Positions 60,523-64,000 of a stretch of 64,000 bases of DNA are shown one piece after another (position 1 is the stretch's first letter; each line of letters starts with the position of its first letter). Made by a program: the position numbers and the translations under genes. The stretch is taken from positions 62,001 through 126,000 of the forward strand of contig DF237041.1 of NCBI GenBank assembly GCA_000708835.1. The letters are read 5' to 3'. A model generated the notes under the pieces. It was not told the DNA's origin. It made no database searches and saw nothing but the letters and a program-made list of their open reading frames with translations. Source of the stretch: Klebsormidium nitens. Taxonomy: Eukaryota > Plantae > Klebsormidiophyceae.

Positions 60523-62618
60523 ATGGACGTAAGTTTTCCTCCATATATGGTCGATTGCATTTACAATTCATGGCTTGTAAGCTCAAGCAGAGGGATTGCG
60601 CTTACCGTGGGGATCCGTCAGTTGAATAGCGCACAATTGGGCATGGTCTGCGAGACGTGTTCCAGATATGCGGTCCAATCGAGCCTTCAAGTGACTTGAT
60701 CGAAGACCTTGTGAGGGAACTCTATGCTTCAATGTGCACCAGTTCATGAACTTTAGGTTTGTATTTTGAATGGGTGGTCAACAAGCTGAGCATCTATCTT
60801 GTCAATGATTGCGTGCACCAGAAATGAGAAAAGTGCCAATGCTTTACATCTTTGTGCCCAAGGGTGGTATCTAACCAACAATGACCTGCAGAGAAAGCTG
60901 AGGTGCGGGTCTTTCATGTTATTGACGACGATGCTTCATTCTTTTGCAGTACTCTACCCCTGCCATCAAGAACATCCTGCTTCTAGATTCTGAAGGAAAG
61001 CGCGTTGCGGTCAAGTATTTTGACCATGAGGACTGGCCAAACATCACGACGCAGACCGCTTTTGAGAAGTCTGTCTTCACAAAAACATCGCGCACTGCAG
61101 CACGGGGGGAAGGTAGGTTCTCTTGCTTCCCCCAAAGCTTGCCTGACCCGCCTCCATCTCCTGGATCTTCTGAAACAAAAGCAGTAAAACCGAGACGTCT
61201 TTGCATTCTGCGATGTCTTCCTGATACGCCGCTGCACCAAGTATAAGAGCGGAGATTTCAATAATGCACGGCTCAGAACAGTGGTATAATCTGTTCTGTT
61301 TCCAGACTTGGTATCTGGAAGCAATCATCTGTTGTGCCAGATTGGTCAACACTTCAACAAAGAGCAAAGGTCATGTTTCTCATCTCAACGGTCCTGGATT
61401 TGCAGCGGAGATTGGCATGTTTGATGGGTACATCGTGGTGTACAAGTTCATCGCAGACCTGCACTTCTATGTCACTGGGGGAGACGATGAGAATGAGCTC
61501 ATTCTCGTTACTGTTCTGCAAGCTTTCTTCGACGCAGTCTCATTGCTGCTCAGGCAAGTCCCTTAGAAAGCACCTCCCTTCCACCATCTCTTGAGCACAG
61601 AGGTAGTAAAAGAAGTTGATGCAGACAGGACTTTGACTTATTGTTTCTTCTGCCCCTCATCTAACCTACTGTCTAGAGCCCAGTGCTCTCATCCAAAAAG
61701 GCCTTGTGTTTCTGTGCTTTGAAGTTTTTTTGAGTGAAGCGTCAACACTGCAGACAAAGAAGTTGTAGTGTTCCAAGTGTTGTCTTTCATTCAAAGCATC
61801 ACTCTCTTTGAGTGACAATAAACTGACTTTGGCAGCTTTTCGTACACTGACCTGTGGTTTGATGAACCAGAGGGCTTTTGTGCAAGGGGACAGAAGTTGT
61901 AAGGAGGGTCACAAGCTGACCCCCAGTTCGTGATCCCTTGCAGGAGTCAAGTGGAAAAGAAGACCGTTCTAGAAAATCTGGACCTAGTTCTTCTCACCCT
62001 TGACGAGATTGTTGATGGAGGGTGAGTGCAAAGTGCAAAACGTTTCACTCAACAAACCCGCCTCTGCATGCCAGGGCGCCTAGAAAGACCTTGTTTGTTC
62101 CAGGGATTGCAGAATACTACACCCGCTCAGAAAAGTCCTCCAACAATTGTCTCATTGTTTGGTGGTCGCTTTGGATCGGAACAAGACCCTTGTTCTCATC
62201 GTCTGTTCTCCTTCTTTCACAGGATTGTGCTGGAGACGGATTCCACCATCATCGCAGGCCGAGTGGCAATGAGGGGCGCCGACTCCGACATTCCCCTTTC
62301 TGAACAGGTGAGCTCCACTTCTGGCTTCGACCATTTTCCTAACACGGTTATGTTCTGCTGCTGTTTGTGGTCCTTCAATCCTGACAGTGTAACATGTTGG
62401 TAAGAGATCAGTGTAACGAAGTGGTGCGAGCTTGCTGGCCCATAAAGGCCGAGATTACTTTGATTGTATCGAGACAAAGTGGGGCCGTTTTAGTGAGCAC
62501 TGCAGCTTTATTCAAGCACCGGCTGACACTTTGTGTCTGATTTGTTGCTTCCTTGCAGACCATCTCACAAGCTTTTGCCAACGCAAAGGAGCAGCTTGCA
62601 AGATCTTTGCTCAAGTAG
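60523..62618 (+). CDS. COPZ1: Coatomer subunit zeta
   Basis: Probable ATG GAC|gtaagt at 60523-60528, then exons 60950-61112 ([22 protein letters not shown]), 61406-61553 ([19 protein letters not shown] donor), 61944-62021 ([18 protein letters not shown]), 62223-62307, 62559-62618. Confidence 0.95.
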
Positions 62619-64000
62619 CTCCCTTGAAGAGGAGTTCCGCCTTTACCTTCCCTTATCTGTTCGTACCGAGTATGAGATGTATACTCCCTTGCCGGATTGT
62701 AAAACAGGACGCCTAGGTACTTCCTGGTCATCAAGATGCAGGTGGCGGCGGATTGATGCAATTTTCATGTTCTAAAGCTCGAATTATATTGCAACATCTA
62801 GATCTACAAAGTTCTATGCCAGCATGGTGCGGCAGGGCCGGCCAGGGTTGAGTGACGTGTCAGTAAGTGGGCTGTTCTTTTGTATCTCTGGCCATTGTTC
62901 TATGCATAGCTAGACAGAGCTCGAAAACACCGTCCACGGCTTTCATTCTGTGTGCAGCACTTGGCTATAGCTAGGCTTGCATCAAACATGAGAAGATGTC
63001 TCCAGCATGGCTCTTGTGTACTGGAACAATTCACTGAGTAGTTCAAGCAAATGCTCATGGTCAATCAGACTCGCCAAGGTTTGGTGGTCTCTTCTTAGAT
63101 ATAATAGCGTCGTTGCAGTAGTATAGCCCGTTCGGCCAATTATTAGGATTGAGCTTATGGCATATACCGCGGTACTTCGTCGAATCTGCATGTGGCACCG
63201 CGGGCGGCGGCTCTCAGCTGCATTGACCTTCGTCTTATATGGTTCAAAAGTACGCTACTAGATCGACTTGCGTAATCAAAAAGGAGTGCGCAGGGAATAT
63301 ATACATTTGCGCCGGATCCACGGAACTCACATAACTGTGACAATGAGGCGTAAACTTGGCATGTAGCAAGATGAGTCTTTGATGATACATATGCGCTGGT
63401 CAACAGGCCCACAATGACATGCGAGAACAACATATCTGCTTTTGAGCTTAGTTAGGACATGTGGAGGCTGGACTTGTTCGCGAGTCCCTTACTTGGTGAT
63501 CCAATCGAGTTTGACAGTTAGTGCTGGCGGCCCAAGACCTGGTGCAATGGCAGAAGGCGCTCATGGAATCTGGTCGAATCAACGCCCTTGAGACACGCGA
63601 GGGTTATCCAGTCAATTGGGCTACCCTTTGAGTTTGGTCCGAAGCCATCTTGAAGTGGAGACTCCGAATATGTTTGCATGCCAATGCATCAAACACAATA
63701 TGCACACAAAGTGATGGCCACAGATTAGGTCACCTTCGTGCAGCCCTAAGCAACGCGCATTCTATTTCCTAAAGCTCAGTTGGGAGATGTGACACTTGTT
63801 TACACTACTCAAGATCAAGAATACCAAGGTTGGACACAATGATCTTCAATTGGTCGATGAGGTCACTGCCAGTTGCGTACTCAGTCAACAAACCGACCGC
63901 GATCCCGAACATCACCCATCTGCAAAGAAGATGCGCAGTGGTCACCTTGGAAACCAAAAGAAGTCATTACTTGGCCCAGTGCAAAACTCTAAATGCAAGG

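Overview
Intron-rich eukaryotic genomic DNA, most likely a streptophyte (Klebsormidium-like) green alga. This is inferred from plant-type SBPase, TEL, AXR4 and GH19 genes occurring with genes land plants largely lack; no database search was possible. Manual splice-site and reading-frame tracing gives 12 multi-exon genes in six consecutive head-to-head pairs: RlmH(-)/NiCoT nickel permease(+), AXR4-like(-)/TERMINAL EAR1-like(+), AA15-like LPMO(-)/CBM14-CBM14-GH19 chitinase(+), helical-repeat MYND protein(-)/TTI2(+), SELENOF(-)/SBPase(+), proteasome beta2(-)/coatomer zeta(+). The best candidate for an undescribed system is the divergent pair of secreted enzymes: a His-brace LPMO plus a plant-type GH19 chitinase carrying two 8-Cys CBM14 modules instead of hevein, i.e. 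a possible oxidative plus hydrolytic chitin-attack module. Also notable: an actinobacterial-looking NiCoT with introns, four local duplications of splice-site regions, a ~100-bp inverted repeat pair bracketing a 1242-nt in-frame exon, and a homopolymer frameshift. No tRNA, rRNA, CRISPR array or intact transposon was recognised. Most entries in the ORF track are antisense or intron read-through artefacts.
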